A DNA stretch of 64,000 bases from an uncultured Chloroflexia bacterium. Its GTDB lineage: Bacteria > Chloroflexota > Limnocylindria > Limnocylindrales > CSP1-4. Below are positions 19,720-30,618 of this stretch, one piece after another. The translations under genes and the position numbers were made by a program. The stretch covers positions 512,001 to 576,000 of the forward strand of contig CAWHXD010000007.1 in assembly GCA_963833225.1 (NCBI GenBank), in the 5' to 3' direction. Position 1 is the stretch's first letter. Every line of letters begins with the position of its first letter. The notes beneath the pieces are model-generated. The model made no database searches and had not been told where the DNA came from. It was given only the letters and a program-made list of their open reading frames with translations.

Positions 19720-20414
19720 CCGGTGACGAGTCGCAGCCCGAGCCCGCAGAGGAGGTGTCGATGACCGAGCCCGGCCTGGTTGAGCCCATCGCGGTGGGCC
19801 CCGGCGAGCCCGAGGCGTCCGCTGGCAACGGCGCAGCGGGCGATGCATCCCCGGTGCCGGCAGCCACGGGACCCGATGACGAGCCCATCGCGGGCGGCTC
19901 CGTGACCGACGCGCCCACCGACCCGTCGGACACCTCGCTGCTCGCCCTCGTGGACCAGCTGACCGTCCTGCTCGAGCGGAGCGACCTCGGGGAGCTCGAG
20001 GTGGCCGCGGGCGACACGACCATCATCCTGCGGTCGCCGGCCGCGATCGAGCGCCCGGCCGCGGCGGCCTCATCGCCCGCGGTCGAACCGACGCCCGCCG
20101 CCGATGGTGGGTCCTCGTCCTCGCCCGCCGCGCAACCCCCGGCCCAGGTCCCCGCCCCGGTGGTGGCGCCGGCCAAGCCGTCGGTCAAGGCGCCCCTCAC
20201 GGGCATCTTCTACGGCGCGCCGTCGCCGGGAGCCACCGCCTACGTGGCCGTTGGCGATCACGTTGCCGTCGGCCAGATCATCGGCCTGATCGAGGCGATG
20301 AAGCTGTTCAATGAGATCAAGAGCGACCTCGCCGGCCGCGTCGTGCGCGTCTGCGCCGACAATGGGGCGCTGGTCAAGGCCAGGCAACCGCTGATCGAGG
20401 TCGAGCTCGCATGA
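19716..20414 (+). CDS. accB: Biotin carboxyl carrier protein
   Basis: APLTGIFY, IEAMKLFNEI biotinylation motif, Pro/Ala linker. Confidence 0.93.
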   Translation: MTGDESQPEPAEEVSMTEPGLVEPIAVGPGEPEASAGNGAAGDASPVPAATGPDDEPIAGGSVTDAPTDPSDTSLLALVDQLTVLLERSDLGELEVAAGDTTIILRSPAAIERPAAAASSPAVEPTPAADGGSSSSPAAQPPAQVPAPVVAPAKPSVKAPLTGIFYGAPSPGATAYVAVGDHVAVGQIIGLIEAMKLFNEIKSDLAGRVVRVCADNGALVKARQPLIEVELA

Positions 20415-21609
20415 CGTCCCCTGCGACGCGCTCAGTCCGCCTCACCGGCTGGGGTCGCTACGCCCCCGCCCAGGTGCTCACCAACGCCGACCTGGAGCGC
20501 ATGGTCGACACCTCCGACGAGTGGATCGTCAGCCGCACCGGGATCCGCGAGCGGCGGGTCGCGGCCGCCGACGAGACGACCGCGTCGATGGCGGCCGTGG
20601 CTGGGCTGCGGGCGATCCACACCGCCGGCCTCGCGCCCGAGGACATCGACCTGATCATCCTCGCCACGCTCACGCCCGACTACTGGATGCCGTCCACGGC
20701 GGCGCTGGTCAAGGAGGCGATCGGCAACTACGAAGGCGGCTGCCTTCGACGTCGCGGCCGCCTGCTCCGGCTTCGTGTATGCCTACGCGACCGCGTCCGC
20801 CTACATCGCGTCCGGGATGGCCCAGCAACGCGCTCGTCATCGGGGCGGAGCTGCTGACCCGGTTCCTGGACTACTCGGACCGGAGCACCTGCATCCTGTT
20901 CGGGGACGGCGCGGGGGCCGTGGTGCTCAGCGCCAGCGACGAGCCAACGGCGCCGATCGGCATCGAGATGACGACCGAGCCCCAGGGCGCGTACATGATC
21001 TGGCTCCCGGCGGGTGGCTCCAAGAGCCCGCCGTCGGCCGAGACGATCGCCCGCGGCGAGCACAAGATCCGGATGGAAGGCCGCGAGACCTATCGCTTCG
21101 CCACCCGGACCCTCGCCTCCACCGCCCTCGCCGCCGTCGCCAAGGCGGGCCTGACCCAGGGCGACATCGACCTGATCATCCCGCACCAGGCCAACATCCG
21201 GATCATCGAGGCGGTGGCCAAGGGCCTGGACCTGTCGATGGACCGGATCTACGTCAACCTCGACCGCTACGGCAACACCTCGGCCGCGTCGGTGCCCATC
21301 GCGCTCGCCGAGGCGGTGAATGAGGGCCGCGTCCAGGCCGGTGACAAGATCGTGTTCGTCGCCTTTGGCGCCGGCTTCACGTCCGGCGCGGTGGCCATGG
21401 AGTGGACCGCCGACCCGGCCCGCGGCCGTGACGCCGACGACGCCGTCCGGGCGGCCGATGTCCGGATCCGGCTGCCGCAGGACTGGGATTCCGTGGATCC
21501 CATCCCGCCCGCGCTGGCCGAGATCCTCGCCCGGCCACTGCCCGGGCACATGGACCTGTCCGACGTCGCGCCCGGCGAGCCCGAGCACGCCCACCAGCCC
21601 ACACACTGA
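20411..21609 (+). CDS. fabH: 3-oxoacyl-ACP synthase III (frameshifts near 20730 and 20823)
   Basis: DTSDEWIVSRTGIRERR, AACSGF, FGDGAGA, PHQAN, YGNTSAAS across three frames. Confidence 0.94.
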
Positions 21610-21656
21610 CCGCCCAGGCCCCGCCCGGCCTTGAGCCCCGGAGGAAGGAACGCCAC

Positions 21657-22406
21657 ATGCTCGATCTCAACGGCAAGGTCGCCCTCGTCACCGGAGGGTC
21701 CCGCGGCATCGGCCGCGCCGTCTCGCTGATGCTCGCCCGGCAGGGAGCCAACGTGGCCTTCATCGACCGCGAGGCGTGTCTCCTCGACGACCACACCAAG
21801 AGCGACGTGGAGGCCCTTGGCCGCCGATCGGTGTGTGTGGGCGGCGACGTCACCAGCCCGGAGTCGTGTGCCGAGACGGTGGAGGCAGCGCTCAAGGCGT
21901 TCGGGCGCATCGACATCCTGGTCAACAACGCGGGGATCACCCGCGACGACCTCGCCATGCGGATGAGCGACCAGGCCTGGGCCGACGTGATCAACGTCAA
22001 CCTCACCGGGTCGTTCTACATGGCCCGGGCCGTCCTCCGCCCGATGCTCAAGCAGCGCTCGGGGCGGATCGTCAACATGTCCAGCGTGTCCGGCCAGATG
22101 GGCAACGCGGGTCAGGCGAACTACTCGGCGTCCAAGGCGGGGCTGATCGGCCTCACCAAGGCCCTTGCCCGCGAGGTCGCCTCGCGCGGGATCACGGTCA
22201 ACGCCATCGCTCCCGGCTTTGTCGTCACGGAGCTCACCGACACGCTCCCGGACGGCGTGAAGGACGCGATCAAGGGCGCCACGCCGCTGGGCCGCTTTGC
22301 CACGCCGGACGAGATCGCGGCGGCCGTCACCTTCCTCGTCTCGGACGAGGCCGGGTACATCACGGGCCAGGTGCTCGGGGTGGACGGCGGCCTCGCGATG
22401 ATGTAG
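21657..22406 (+). CDS. fabG: 3-oxoacyl-ACP reductase
   Basis: TGGSRGIG, NNAGITRD, YSASK, ITGQVL. Confidence 0.95.
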   Translation: MLDLNGKVALVTGGSRGIGRAVSLMLARQGANVAFIDREACLLDDHTKSDVEALGRRSVCVGGDVTSPESCAETVEAALKAFGRIDILVNNAGITRDDLAMRMSDQAWADVINVNLTGSFYMARAVLRPMLKQRSGRIVNMSSVSGQMGNAGQANYSASKAGLIGLTKALAREVASRGITVNAIAPGFVVTELTDTLPDGVKDAIKGATPLGRFATPDEIAAAVTFLVSDEAGYITGQVLGVDGGLAMM

Positions 22407-22408
22407 CG

Positions 22409-22981
22409 GTGCCGTTCAGCGTCGAGGAGACCGCGATCCCGGAGGTCCGGATCGTCCACCCTGAGCGCTATCACGACGGCCGCGGGTGGCTGGCCGAGAT
22501 CGTCGCGCTCCCCGCGTTCGAGGAGCTGGACCTGCCGACCCGCTTCGTCCAGGTCAACCAGTCGCGCTCCGCCCGGGGCGTCGTGCGCGGACTGCACTTC
22601 CAGTGGGAGCCGCCCCAGGGCAAGCTGATGCGGGTGGTCCACGGACGGGCGTTCATGGTCGCCGTCGACGTCCGGCCCGGTTCACCGACCCTTGGCAGGG
22701 CCGTGACGCTCGAGGCCTCCGACGAGGACCCTGTCCTGTTCTGGGCGCCGGCCTCGTTCGCGCGCGGGTTCTGCGCCCTTGCGGACGCCACCGAGATCGA
22801 GTACTTCTGCACCAACCCCTACAACCCCGCGTGCGAGACCGGCGTCCGCTGGGACGATCCCGCCCTGGGGATCGACTGGCCGATCCTCGCGCCCCGGCTG
22901 TCAGCGAAGGACGCCGCGGCGGGCACGCTCGCGGACTGGCTCGTGCGGCCGGAGTCGGAGGCCTTCCGCTACACAGGCTGA
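22409..22981 (+). CDS. rmlC: dTDP-4-dehydrorhamnose 3,5-epimerase
   Basis: DGRGW, QVNQSRS, RGLHFQ, QGKL, DVRPGSPT, WDDPALGIDWP, LSAKD. Confidence 0.9.
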   Translation: MPFSVEETAIPEVRIVHPERYHDGRGWLAEIVALPAFEELDLPTRFVQVNQSRSARGVVRGLHFQWEPPQGKLMRVVHGRAFMVAVDVRPGSPTLGRAVTLEASDEDPVLFWAPASFARGFCALADATEIEYFCTNPYNPACETGVRWDDPALGIDWPILAPRLSAKDAAAGTLADWLVRPESEAFRYTG

Positions 22982-23072
22982 GCACCTCCGCGGTCCGGGC
23001 ACCGTCCGTCCGGGGCAGCTCGGTACCTTCGGTTGGTGCCATCTGTCACCCGCCGGGTGCAGCATCGCTGCC

Positions 23073-24929
23073 GTGGAGCCACTCAGCCCTTCGCCGCGAA
23101 GCGTCCGTCCGGGTCCGCATCTGGCCCCCGGCCGGGTGCACATGCTCGTGTTTGCCGGTGGCCTCGTCGTCCTCCTGCTGGGCGTCGCGGGCTGGATCGT
23201 CCAGGGTGGCCCCCGGGCGTTCGAGGACCTCGTGGTGGTCCTGGACCTCACGATCGGCGGCACGATCCTGTGCACGGGTTCCCTCGTGGGACGCGCCCGC
23301 TCCGCCGAGGCCCGTCGCAGTGCGCAGCTGGCGATGCTCCAGCACGCCGCGAGACGGATGACCGGGAGCCTGACCGCCGAGGACGTCGGACGAGCGGTGG
23401 TCGAGGAGACGCGGCGCGTCATCGACTACCACAACGCCCGCGTCTACCTGCTCGAGCGGCCCGACGATCTCGTGGCCGTCGCCTTCGAGGGTCGAGTGGG
23501 CGCATACGACACGGTGGATCTCGAGATCCTGCGGACGAAGGTCGGAACGGGGTTCACAGGTTGGGTGGCCCAGCAACGGACGCCGATCCGCGTCGATGAC
23601 GCCGAGGGGGATCCGCGTGGGGTGACGATCCCGGGCACCGAGCCCGTGGAGGAGTCCATGCTCGTCGTCCCGATGCAGACCGACGACCTGCTGGTGGGCG
23701 TCGTCACCCTGTCCAAGCTGGGTCTTCACCAGTTTGACGACCAGGACCTGCGCCTGCTCATGACGCTTGCCGACCAGGCCGCCACCGCGTTCACGCGCGC
23801 CCGCCACCTTGCCGACGCCGATCGCCTGACCGCCGAGCTCCGGCAGCTGCTCGAGATGAGCAGCGCGCTCTCGCGTTCGCTCGACCCGGCGGCCGTTGCG
23901 GACCTCATCGCCATGCACCTTGCCGGCGCGGTCGGAGCTGCGTCCGCCCAGATCAGCGCCTGGGAACCACAGGAGGACAGGATCCGAACGCTGGGCTGCC
24001 ACCCGGCAGGGGAGCGCAGTCGGTTCGAGGGCGTGTTTGACCTCGGCCAGTATCCGTTGACGCGTGATGTCCTCCAGCGGCGCATGATCGCGAGCGTCGA
24101 TGTCGCCGACCCTGAGGCGGACCCGGCCGAGGTTGCGCTGTTGCAGGCCGAAGGTGAAGGGGGCCTCCTCATGCTGCCCCTGGTAGCCAAGGACGAGGCC
24201 ATCGGTCTCCTCGAGCTGATGTTCCCCGGCCGGCCACTCCAGGACCCGGTCCTGATCACGCTCGCCCGGACGATGGCCCACGAGGCGGCGATGGCTCTCG
24301 AGAACGCGCGGCTGTACGAGACGGCGCGCACGCTGGCCGACCGGGACCCGCTGACCGGCTTTCACAACCACCGGTACCTGCACGAGCGCCTGACCGAGGA
24401 GGTGGTGCGGGCCACCCGCACGCGCCAGCCGCTCAGCGTGCTGATGCTCGACCTCGACGACTTCAAGCTGGTGAACGACGCGTTCGGACACCTGTACGGC
24501 GACCGGATGCTGGCCCACGTGGCGGACCTGATGCGCGGCGCGCTGCGATTGTCGGACGTGCCGGCCCGATACGGGGGCGACGAGTTCACCGTGATCCTCC
24601 CCGAGACGCCTCGCGAGGGAGCGGCCAGGGTCGCCGAGCGCCTGCTCGAGGCGTTCCGGGGCTCGCCGTTCGTCGCCGACGGGCGTCAGTCGCTGCCCGT
24701 CGGGGCATCGCTCGGGATCGCCACGTACCCCGACGACGGGCGGACGGCGACGGAGCTGATCATGATCGCTGACCGCGGCCTCTACCAGGCGAAGAACGCC
24801 GGTGGCAACCGTGTGTCGTCGGATGATTCCCCCGACGCCGCGGCCGGCGAAGCCGATGGGCCTTCGCCAGACACCACCACCCGTCGGACGGCGGTTGCGG
24901 GGCCTCAGGTGGGGTTCGGGCGCTCCTAG
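23073..24929 (+). CDS. Membrane-anchored GAF-GAF diguanylate cyclase
   Basis: Two TM helices, two GAF domains, DPLTG..DLDDFKLVND, RLSD I-site, GGDEF. Confidence 0.93.
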   Translation: MEPLSPSPRSVRPGPHLAPGRVHMLVFAGGLVVLLLGVAGWIVQGGPRAFEDLVVVLDLTIGGTILCTGSLVGRARSAEARRSAQLAMLQHAARRMTGSLTAEDVGRAVVEETRRVIDYHNARVYLLERPDDLVAVAFEGRVGAYDTVDLEILRTKVGTGFTGWVAQQRTPIRVDDAEGDPRGVTIPGTEPVEESMLVVPMQTDDLLVGVVTLSKLGLHQFDDQDLRLLMTLADQAATAFTRARHLADADRLTAELRQLLEMSSALSRSLDPAAVADLIAMHLAGAVGAASAQISAWEPQEDRIRTLGCHPAGERSRFEGVFDLGQYPLTRDVLQRRMIASVDVADPEADPAEVALLQAEGEGGLLMLPLVAKDEAIGLLELMFPGRPLQDPVLITLARTMAHEAAMALENARLYETARTLADRDPLTGFHNHRYLHERLTEEVVRATRTRQPLSVLMLDLDDFKLVNDAFGHLYGDRMLAHVADLMRGALRLSDVPARYGGDEFTVILPETPREGAARVAERLLEAFRGSPFVADGRQSLPVGASLGIATYPDDGRTATELIMIADRGLYQAKNAGGNRVSSDDSPDAAAGEADGPSPDTTTRRTAVAGPQVGFGRS

Positions 24930-25039
24930 TCCAGTACGGAAGTACCACGACCGGGTCGCCGACGGTACGGTCCAGGCAACTTGCCGCCGACCTGCCGAGG
25001 CCGCATGCTTGGCCCAGGGTGCGATACGGGGAACGCTCC

Positions 25040-26452
25040 ATGGGCAACACCGGGCTGCGCGACGATGTGCGAGCCCTGACCCGGCACCCGCTTCTCCTCT
25101 CGCTCCTGGTCCTGGGTGTGGTCGAGGTCATCCGCTTCCACCTGCAGCCGAGCGCGCTCGACGCGGCCGCCATCGCGCTCGTGGCGGTGGTTGCGCTGGC
25201 CGCGGCGCGTGAGCGGGGACGGGTGGCGGAGGGCGAGGGGAGCCGGCGGACCGAGGCCGAGTCGTTCGCGAGGATCCTTCGAGGCCTGTCCCGGTCCGTG
25301 TCCCCGGATGCGATCGTCGAGGCGATCATGGAAGAGCTCGGAACCGGGACCGGGGCGGACCATGTGGCCGTCGTCCGCCGCCGGCCCGAGGCGCTGAACC
25401 TCGAGGCGATCCTGTCACCGACGCGCGCCGGTGCCCCGGCCTCGCGCACCACCCTCCCGTTGCGCGAGCTCGAGGATCCGGCGATCGACCTGGCGGCCGC
25501 CGAGCTGGCGATCGCGGCGGCCCGGGGCCGCCGGCTCACGGCAATCCCGATCGAGCCAGATCCGGATGGCGATCCGGATCTCGTCCCGCTCGGTCTCGCG
25601 GGACCCAGGTCCGGCGGTCGGCAACCGCACGCGCCGGCCGGTACGGCGATGGCCGTCGAGGCCGGCAGGTCACCGGCCGCGACCAGGATCTCGCGGGAGC
25701 GCCGCGCGTCGCATGCCACCCCGGCTCGCGAGGGCGCCGATCAGCGAATCGCCGACCGGATCGGCGACCGCCTCCGCGATGTCTACGGCCTCGGAAACCT
25801 GCTCGCCGCACCACTCCGGGTCAACGGGCGGGTCGAGGGGGCGATCGTCCTGTCACGGAGGCTGCGAACCGCCTGGCCGGAGAGCACCCACGAGTTCCTG
25901 GAGGCCGCCGCGGTCGAGGCGTCGGCGGCCCTGGCTCGCGTCTACTCCCTGCGTGACGCGGAGGCCCGCGCGACCACGGATGCGCTCACCGGCCTGCCCA
26001 ATCGCCGCTACTTCGACGAGTACCTGGGCCTCCTGGGCCGGCGGCGCCGGGCTGAGGACCGGGTGGGCGTGCTGATGATCGACATCGACCGGTTCAAGAA
26101 GCTCAACGACACCTTCGGCCACGCGGTGGGCGACCACGTGCTGCGTGAGGTCGCCCAGGGGATCGCCAATGCCGTCCGGGAGGGCGACGTGCCGTCTCGC
26201 TATGGGGGCGAGGAGTTCGCCGTCCTGCTCAAGAATCCGTCCCCGGAGATCGCGGCAGAGGTGGGGGAGCGGGTCCGCCGCGCGGTCGCTGGCCTGGACC
26301 TGCGGCGCATGGGTGTGCCGGGGGTGTCCGTGTCTGTGGGCGTCGCCGTGGCCGACCAGCCGGACATCCCGCTCGAGGCGGTCGTCAACGATGCGGACCG
26401 TGCGCTCTACCGGGCGAAGCGCGCTGGGCGCGACCGGGTGGTGGCCGCGTAG
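25040..26452 (+). CDS. Membrane-anchored GAF diguanylate cyclase
   Basis: Two TM helices, GAF with a long insertion, DALTGLPNRR, REGD I-site, GGEEF. Confidence 0.92.
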   Translation: MGNTGLRDDVRALTRHPLLLSLLVLGVVEVIRFHLQPSALDAAAIALVAVVALAAARERGRVAEGEGSRRTEAESFARILRGLSRSVSPDAIVEAIMEELGTGTGADHVAVVRRRPEALNLEAILSPTRAGAPASRTTLPLRELEDPAIDLAAAELAIAAARGRRLTAIPIEPDPDGDPDLVPLGLAGPRSGGRQPHAPAGTAMAVEAGRSPAATRISRERRASHATPAREGADQRIADRIGDRLRDVYGLGNLLAAPLRVNGRVEGAIVLSRRLRTAWPESTHEFLEAAAVEASAALARVYSLRDAEARATTDALTGLPNRRYFDEYLGLLGRRRRAEDRVGVLMIDIDRFKKLNDTFGHAVGDHVLREVAQGIANAVREGDVPSRYGGEEFAVLLKNPSPEIAAEVGERVRRAVAGLDLRRMGVPGVSVSVGVAVADQPDIPLEAVVNDADRALYRAKRAGRDRVVAA

Positions 26453-26681
26453 TGGCCGCGTAGGTCGCCAACGCTCTCCGGGCTCCTCGCATCGGCCCCG
26501 TTCCGCGCTGCCGGTCCCGCGCCGGTCCCGGCGCGCCGGGCCCTGGTCCGCGCCGGTCCCGGGCGCCCGGCGCTCGTCCGGTGCGGCGATGCGCTGGTGG
26601 AGGCCCCCGGCGCCCAGGACGTGCGCTCCCGCCGGCCGTTCCGGCCTGCGCCGGTCGCCCGGCGCCCACATCGTCTCGCCA

Positions 26682-26745
26682 CGCGACCGTTGGGGCTCCG
26701 CGCGACCGCTGGTGGCCCACGCGACCGCTGGTGGCCCACGCGACC
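26682..26745. repeat. 19-bp tandem repeat CGCGACCGCTGGTGGCCCA
   Basis: Exact copies at 26701 and 26720, a degenerate copy at 26682 and a partial copy at 26739. Confidence 0.85.
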
Positions 26746-26762
26746 CTCGTACCATGAGGGGC

Positions 26763-28660
26763 ATGCCCCGCCGCGATGCCTCGCCGATCCTGCCGCCCCT
26801 CGATGCCGACCAGCCCGAGGGGTCGGAGGCGGTCAACGGCGCTGCCCGCCAGGCGCTTGCCAACGGGGACCTGGCGCGGATCTTCCATGAGATCGGGGAC
26901 ATCCTCGAGCTCACGGGTGAGATCCCGTTCAAGACGGTTGCCTACCATCGCGCCGCGGATGCGATCGAGCGAGCGGCATTCGACGTCGCATCGGCCTATG
27001 GCGCGGGTGACCGGCGCCCGATCCCCGGGGTTGGCCAGGCGATCAGCGACAAGATCACCGAGCTGGCCAGGACGGGACGCATGGCCTATCACGAGCGCCT
27101 GCGCGCCGAGATCCCGCCCACGCTCGTGGAGCTGCTGCGGATCCCCGGCGTGGGACCCAAGACCGTGCGCCAGGTGTGGGAGACGCTCGGGATTGCGACC
27201 CTCGAGGACCTCAGGGCGGCGGCCGAGGCGGGTCGCCTGCAGGGGCCTCAAGGGCATCAGCGCCGCGACCGAGCAGCGCATCCTCGAGGGGATCAGGCAG
27301 CTCGAGTCGCGGCCCCGGCGACTGCAGATCGACCAGGCCCAGCGACTGTCCGACGACCTCGCCTCCCAGCTCGCTGCCCGTGCCAGGCGTCGTGCGTGTC
27401 GTGCAGGCTGGCTCGCTTCGGCGGCGCCGTGAGACGGTGGGCGACCTGGACCTGCTCGTCGAGACGGAAGACCCGGACACGGCGATCGACCGGTTCATCA
27501 ACCTCGGGGTCGCGGACCGGGTGCTCGGGGCCGGCCATGCGAAGGCGGCGATCGCCCTGGCTCGGGGCCCGCAGGTGGACCTGATGGTGATGCCACCGGG
27601 CGAGGCCGGGACATACCTCGTCCACTTCACGGGCTCGGCCGACCACAACATCGGGCTCCGGGGGATCGCGCGCGACCGTGGCTGGAGCCTGTCCGAGAAG
27701 GGCTTCGCCCGGATCGGCGACGACGGCGAGCTGCTCGAGGGCACGGACGCGGAGCTCCGGACGTTCGTGGACGAAGAGGGCGTCTATGGCTTCCTCGGCC
27801 TTGACTGGGTTCCCCCGGAGCTGCGCGAGGATCGAGGTGAGATCGAGGCGGCGCGCGAGGGCCGGCTGCCATCCCTGGTGATCCCTGGCGACCTCCGCGG
27901 CGACCTCCACAGCCACTCCGAGTGGAGCGACGGCGTCCACTCCATCGAGTCCATGGCCGAGGCCGCCCGGGCGCGCGGGTACGCCTACCAGGTGCTCACG
28001 GACCACTCCCAGGGCCTCGCGATCGCGCGCGGCCTCGACCCTGAGCGCGTCGAGCTGCAGCGGGCGATCATCGCCAGCCTCAACGCGCGCTTCGCCGCGG
28101 AGGAGGCCGCCGGACGCCTCCCGGATGGCGCGGATCCGGGCGGCTTCCGGCTCCTCCATGGCTGCGAGCTGGAGGTCCGCGCGGATGGCGAGCTCGACTA
28201 CGACGAGGACCTGCTGGCCCGCTTCGACCTCGTCGTCGCGTCGGTCCATGTCGCGCGCCGGCAGCCACGCGCTGAGCTCACGCGCCGCACGCTCAACGCG
28301 ATCCGAAGCCCGCACGTGGATGTCATCGCCCACCCGGCCGGCCGGATGATCCAGGGCCGGGATGACCTGGACCTCGACTGGGATGCGGTGTTCGAGGCGG
28401 CCGCCGCCACCGGCACGGCCCTCGAGATCAACGGGTCCCCGCACCGGCTCGACCTGGCGCCGGAACGGGCGCGCCGCGCGATCGACGGCGGCTGCCTGCT
28501 GTCCATCGACTCCGACGCGCACAGGACCGAGGAGCTGGGCTACGTCCGCTGGGGCGTGGACCAGGCTCGGCGCGCCTGGGTGGAGCCGCGGCATGTGCTC
28601 AACACGCGGACACGTGAGGAGCTTCTCGACTGGGTCGCGGGCAAGCCCGGTCGCCTGTGA
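26763..28660 (+). CDS. polX: DNA polymerase X with PHP domain (frameshifts near 27245 and 27375)
   Basis: HhH motifs (IPGVG), AGSLRR, GDLDLL, HFTGS..HN, PHP HSHS, TDHS, HPAGR, DSDAH. Confidence 0.93.
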
Positions 28661-28685
28661 CCTGCCCGACGTACCATCGCCCGCG

Positions 28686-29516
28686 ATGACCACCCGCCAG
28701 ATCGACGCCACCCTGGCCCGTCGCGAGCTCGTCCTCGTGGCGACGGTCCTCGTCGCCTTCTCGCGCCTTGTCGAGCGGCCGGATGCATTCCTGTTGGCTG
28801 GGCTGCTGCCGGTCGTGATGCTGGTCGCGGGATCCGCCGTCATGCGCTCCGACGAGCTCCGCGTCCGGCCCTTCGAGGCGCTGCTGATCCCGGCCGCGCT
28901 CTCCGGTGGCGCGGCGGCCGCCCTGCAGCTCGTCCCCGCGGGGCTCGGACTGTTGCCCGCGCTGGCGGCCTTCGCCTTCGTCCTCGACCGGATCCTCCGG
29001 TTCGAGATGCGTCTCCTCGACCAGGCCACTGGCGCCACGGACGCGGATCGCGCCCGCCTGCTGGTCGCTGTCGTCGTCACCGCGTTCGTCGCCTTCACCG
29101 GGATCGCGGGCCTGGTCCCGGGCGGCCTCTCCGAGCCGGGCATGTCCGGCGCCGATTCCGGTCTCACCGAGGGCTGGCTCGTGGTGCTCGCGGTCGACGA
29201 CGCGCTCATGGCCCTGCTGCTGGGCTACCGCGTCGCCGCGGCCCGCTACGGGAGCGCGCGCGACGCCGTCCGCTCCGCGCTGACGTACGCGATCGTGATC
29301 GCGGTCGCTGCGGGCGCCATCCGCGCGATGGATCTGCCCCAGCTCGTCGGTCCCGCCGTGCTGACGCTGGTGTTCTACCTCTGGGACGCGCTTCACGCGT
29401 CCGCTCCCGCGCGCCGGCGTGAGCCACGGTTCCTGTGGGAGACGATCCTCCTGGCGGTGCTCGCGGTCGTCGTGGCGGCCTGGAACCTGCGGCTGCGCGG
29501 CCTGATCCCCGTTTGA
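28686..29516 (+). CDS. Multi-pass membrane protein
   Basis: Many hydrophobic helices. TACCAT hexamer 8 nt before ATG. Confidence 0.8.
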   Translation: MTTRQIDATLARRELVLVATVLVAFSRLVERPDAFLLAGLLPVVMLVAGSAVMRSDELRVRPFEALLIPAALSGGAAAALQLVPAGLGLLPALAAFAFVLDRILRFEMRLLDQATGATDADRARLLVAVVVTAFVAFTGIAGLVPGGLSEPGMSGADSGLTEGWLVVLAVDDALMALLLGYRVAAARYGSARDAVRSALTYAIVIAVAAGAIRAMDLPQLVGPAVLTLVFYLWDALHASAPARRREPRFLWETILLAVLAVVVAAWNLRLRGLIPV

Positions 29517-29541
29517 CGGCCGGGCCGGTCAATGCTAGAAA
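29513..29541 (+). promoter_or_regulatory. Sigma70-type promoter
   Basis: TTGACG-17 nt-TAGAAA with an extended -10 TG. Confidence 0.55.
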
Positions 29542-29608
29542 CACGTGCCCGCGAGTTGCGCCGGTTCTGCGTGCCATGCCTTCGACACGCGACCATGCGA
29601 CGCTCCCG

Positions 29609-30490
29609 ATGGACCGAAAGGACGACCTCCACGTGACCTTCCCTGAGATCGATGCCGCCGCCCAGACGCCCGCAGGCCTGACGCGCCTGAAGCGGCAGCT
29701 GGCCGAGCAGGCGATCGCGCACGCGACCGCCGCGCGGTGGAGCGATGCGGCCGAGACCAACGAGCGCCTCCTGGAGCTCGGCGCCGATTCCGAGGCCGAG
29801 AACCGGCTCGCCAAGGCCCTTTGGGAGCTGGGCGAGCTCGGCACGGCCCGCGAGCACTACCAGAAGGCCCTCGCGCTCGACCCGACCAACCGCATCGCCG
29901 AGCGCAACATCGACCGGCTCAAGGTGCTCCTGGTGGAGGCGGGCGAGAAGACCGTCCCTGCCAAGCCCGGCTCGAAGGCGCCGGTGAGCATCTTCGTCGA
30001 GGAGACCGGCAAGACGGGCTTCGCCTACCTCACCAACCTCCCCCGGTCGGCCGAGCTTGCCCAGGTCAACCCGGGCGACACCGTCGAGCTGACGCCCGAG
30101 GGCAACCGCCTGATCGCGATCAGCAACGGCATTCGCATCGGCGTCGTCGAGCCGCGTGTCGCGGCCCGGCTGCTCAAGCTCATCGCCGACGGCAACATGT
30201 ATCTCGCCGGGGTGACATCGCTGGGCGACCGGGACGTCCGCCTGATCATCCGCGAGATCTTCCAGGACCCGCGCAACTATGGGAAGGTCAGCTTCCCGAC
30301 CGCCGCCAAGTCCACGGACCTGCGCCCGTACACCAAGGGCACGCTGGTCCGGGAGGAAGAGGAGCTCGAGGACGACCTCGAGGACGACGTCGAGGACGAG
30401 GAGATCGAGAACCTCGACCGCGTCCTGCCGCCCGAGGAGACCACGGACGAGGCGTTCGTCGAGGAGACGGACGAGCTCGAGGAGCCGTAA
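29609..30490 (+). CDS. TPR protein with HIRAN-like beta domain and acidic tail
   Basis: TPR (NRLAKALWELG..YQKALALDPTN), PGDTVELTPEGNRL..IGVV..AARL segment, D/E-rich C-terminus. Confidence 0.8.
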   Translation: MDRKDDLHVTFPEIDAAAQTPAGLTRLKRQLAEQAIAHATAARWSDAAETNERLLELGADSEAENRLAKALWELGELGTAREHYQKALALDPTNRIAERNIDRLKVLLVEAGEKTVPAKPGSKAPVSIFVEETGKTGFAYLTNLPRSAELAQVNPGDTVELTPEGNRLIAISNGIRIGVVEPRVAARLLKLIADGNMYLAGVTSLGDRDVRLIIREIFQDPRNYGKVSFPTAAKSTDLRPYTKGTLVREEEELEDDLEDDVEDEEIENLDRVLPPEETTDEAFVEETDELEEP

Positions 30491-30618
30491 GCCGGGTCGG
30501 TGTAGACAGACGGCCCCCGCCGCCCTCGGGCAAGGCCGGCTGCGGGTGATCCAGCCCGATCACTCGATCTGGGTCCCCTCCGCTCGTTCCTTCGCCGTCT
30601 CTGCCACAATCTCTGGCC

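Noticed and set aside
22409-22981. Orphan rmlC as evidence of a glycolipid biosynthetic cluster
   Set aside because: No other sugar-nucleotide or glycosyltransferase genes nearby. Adjacency to fabG alone is insufficient.
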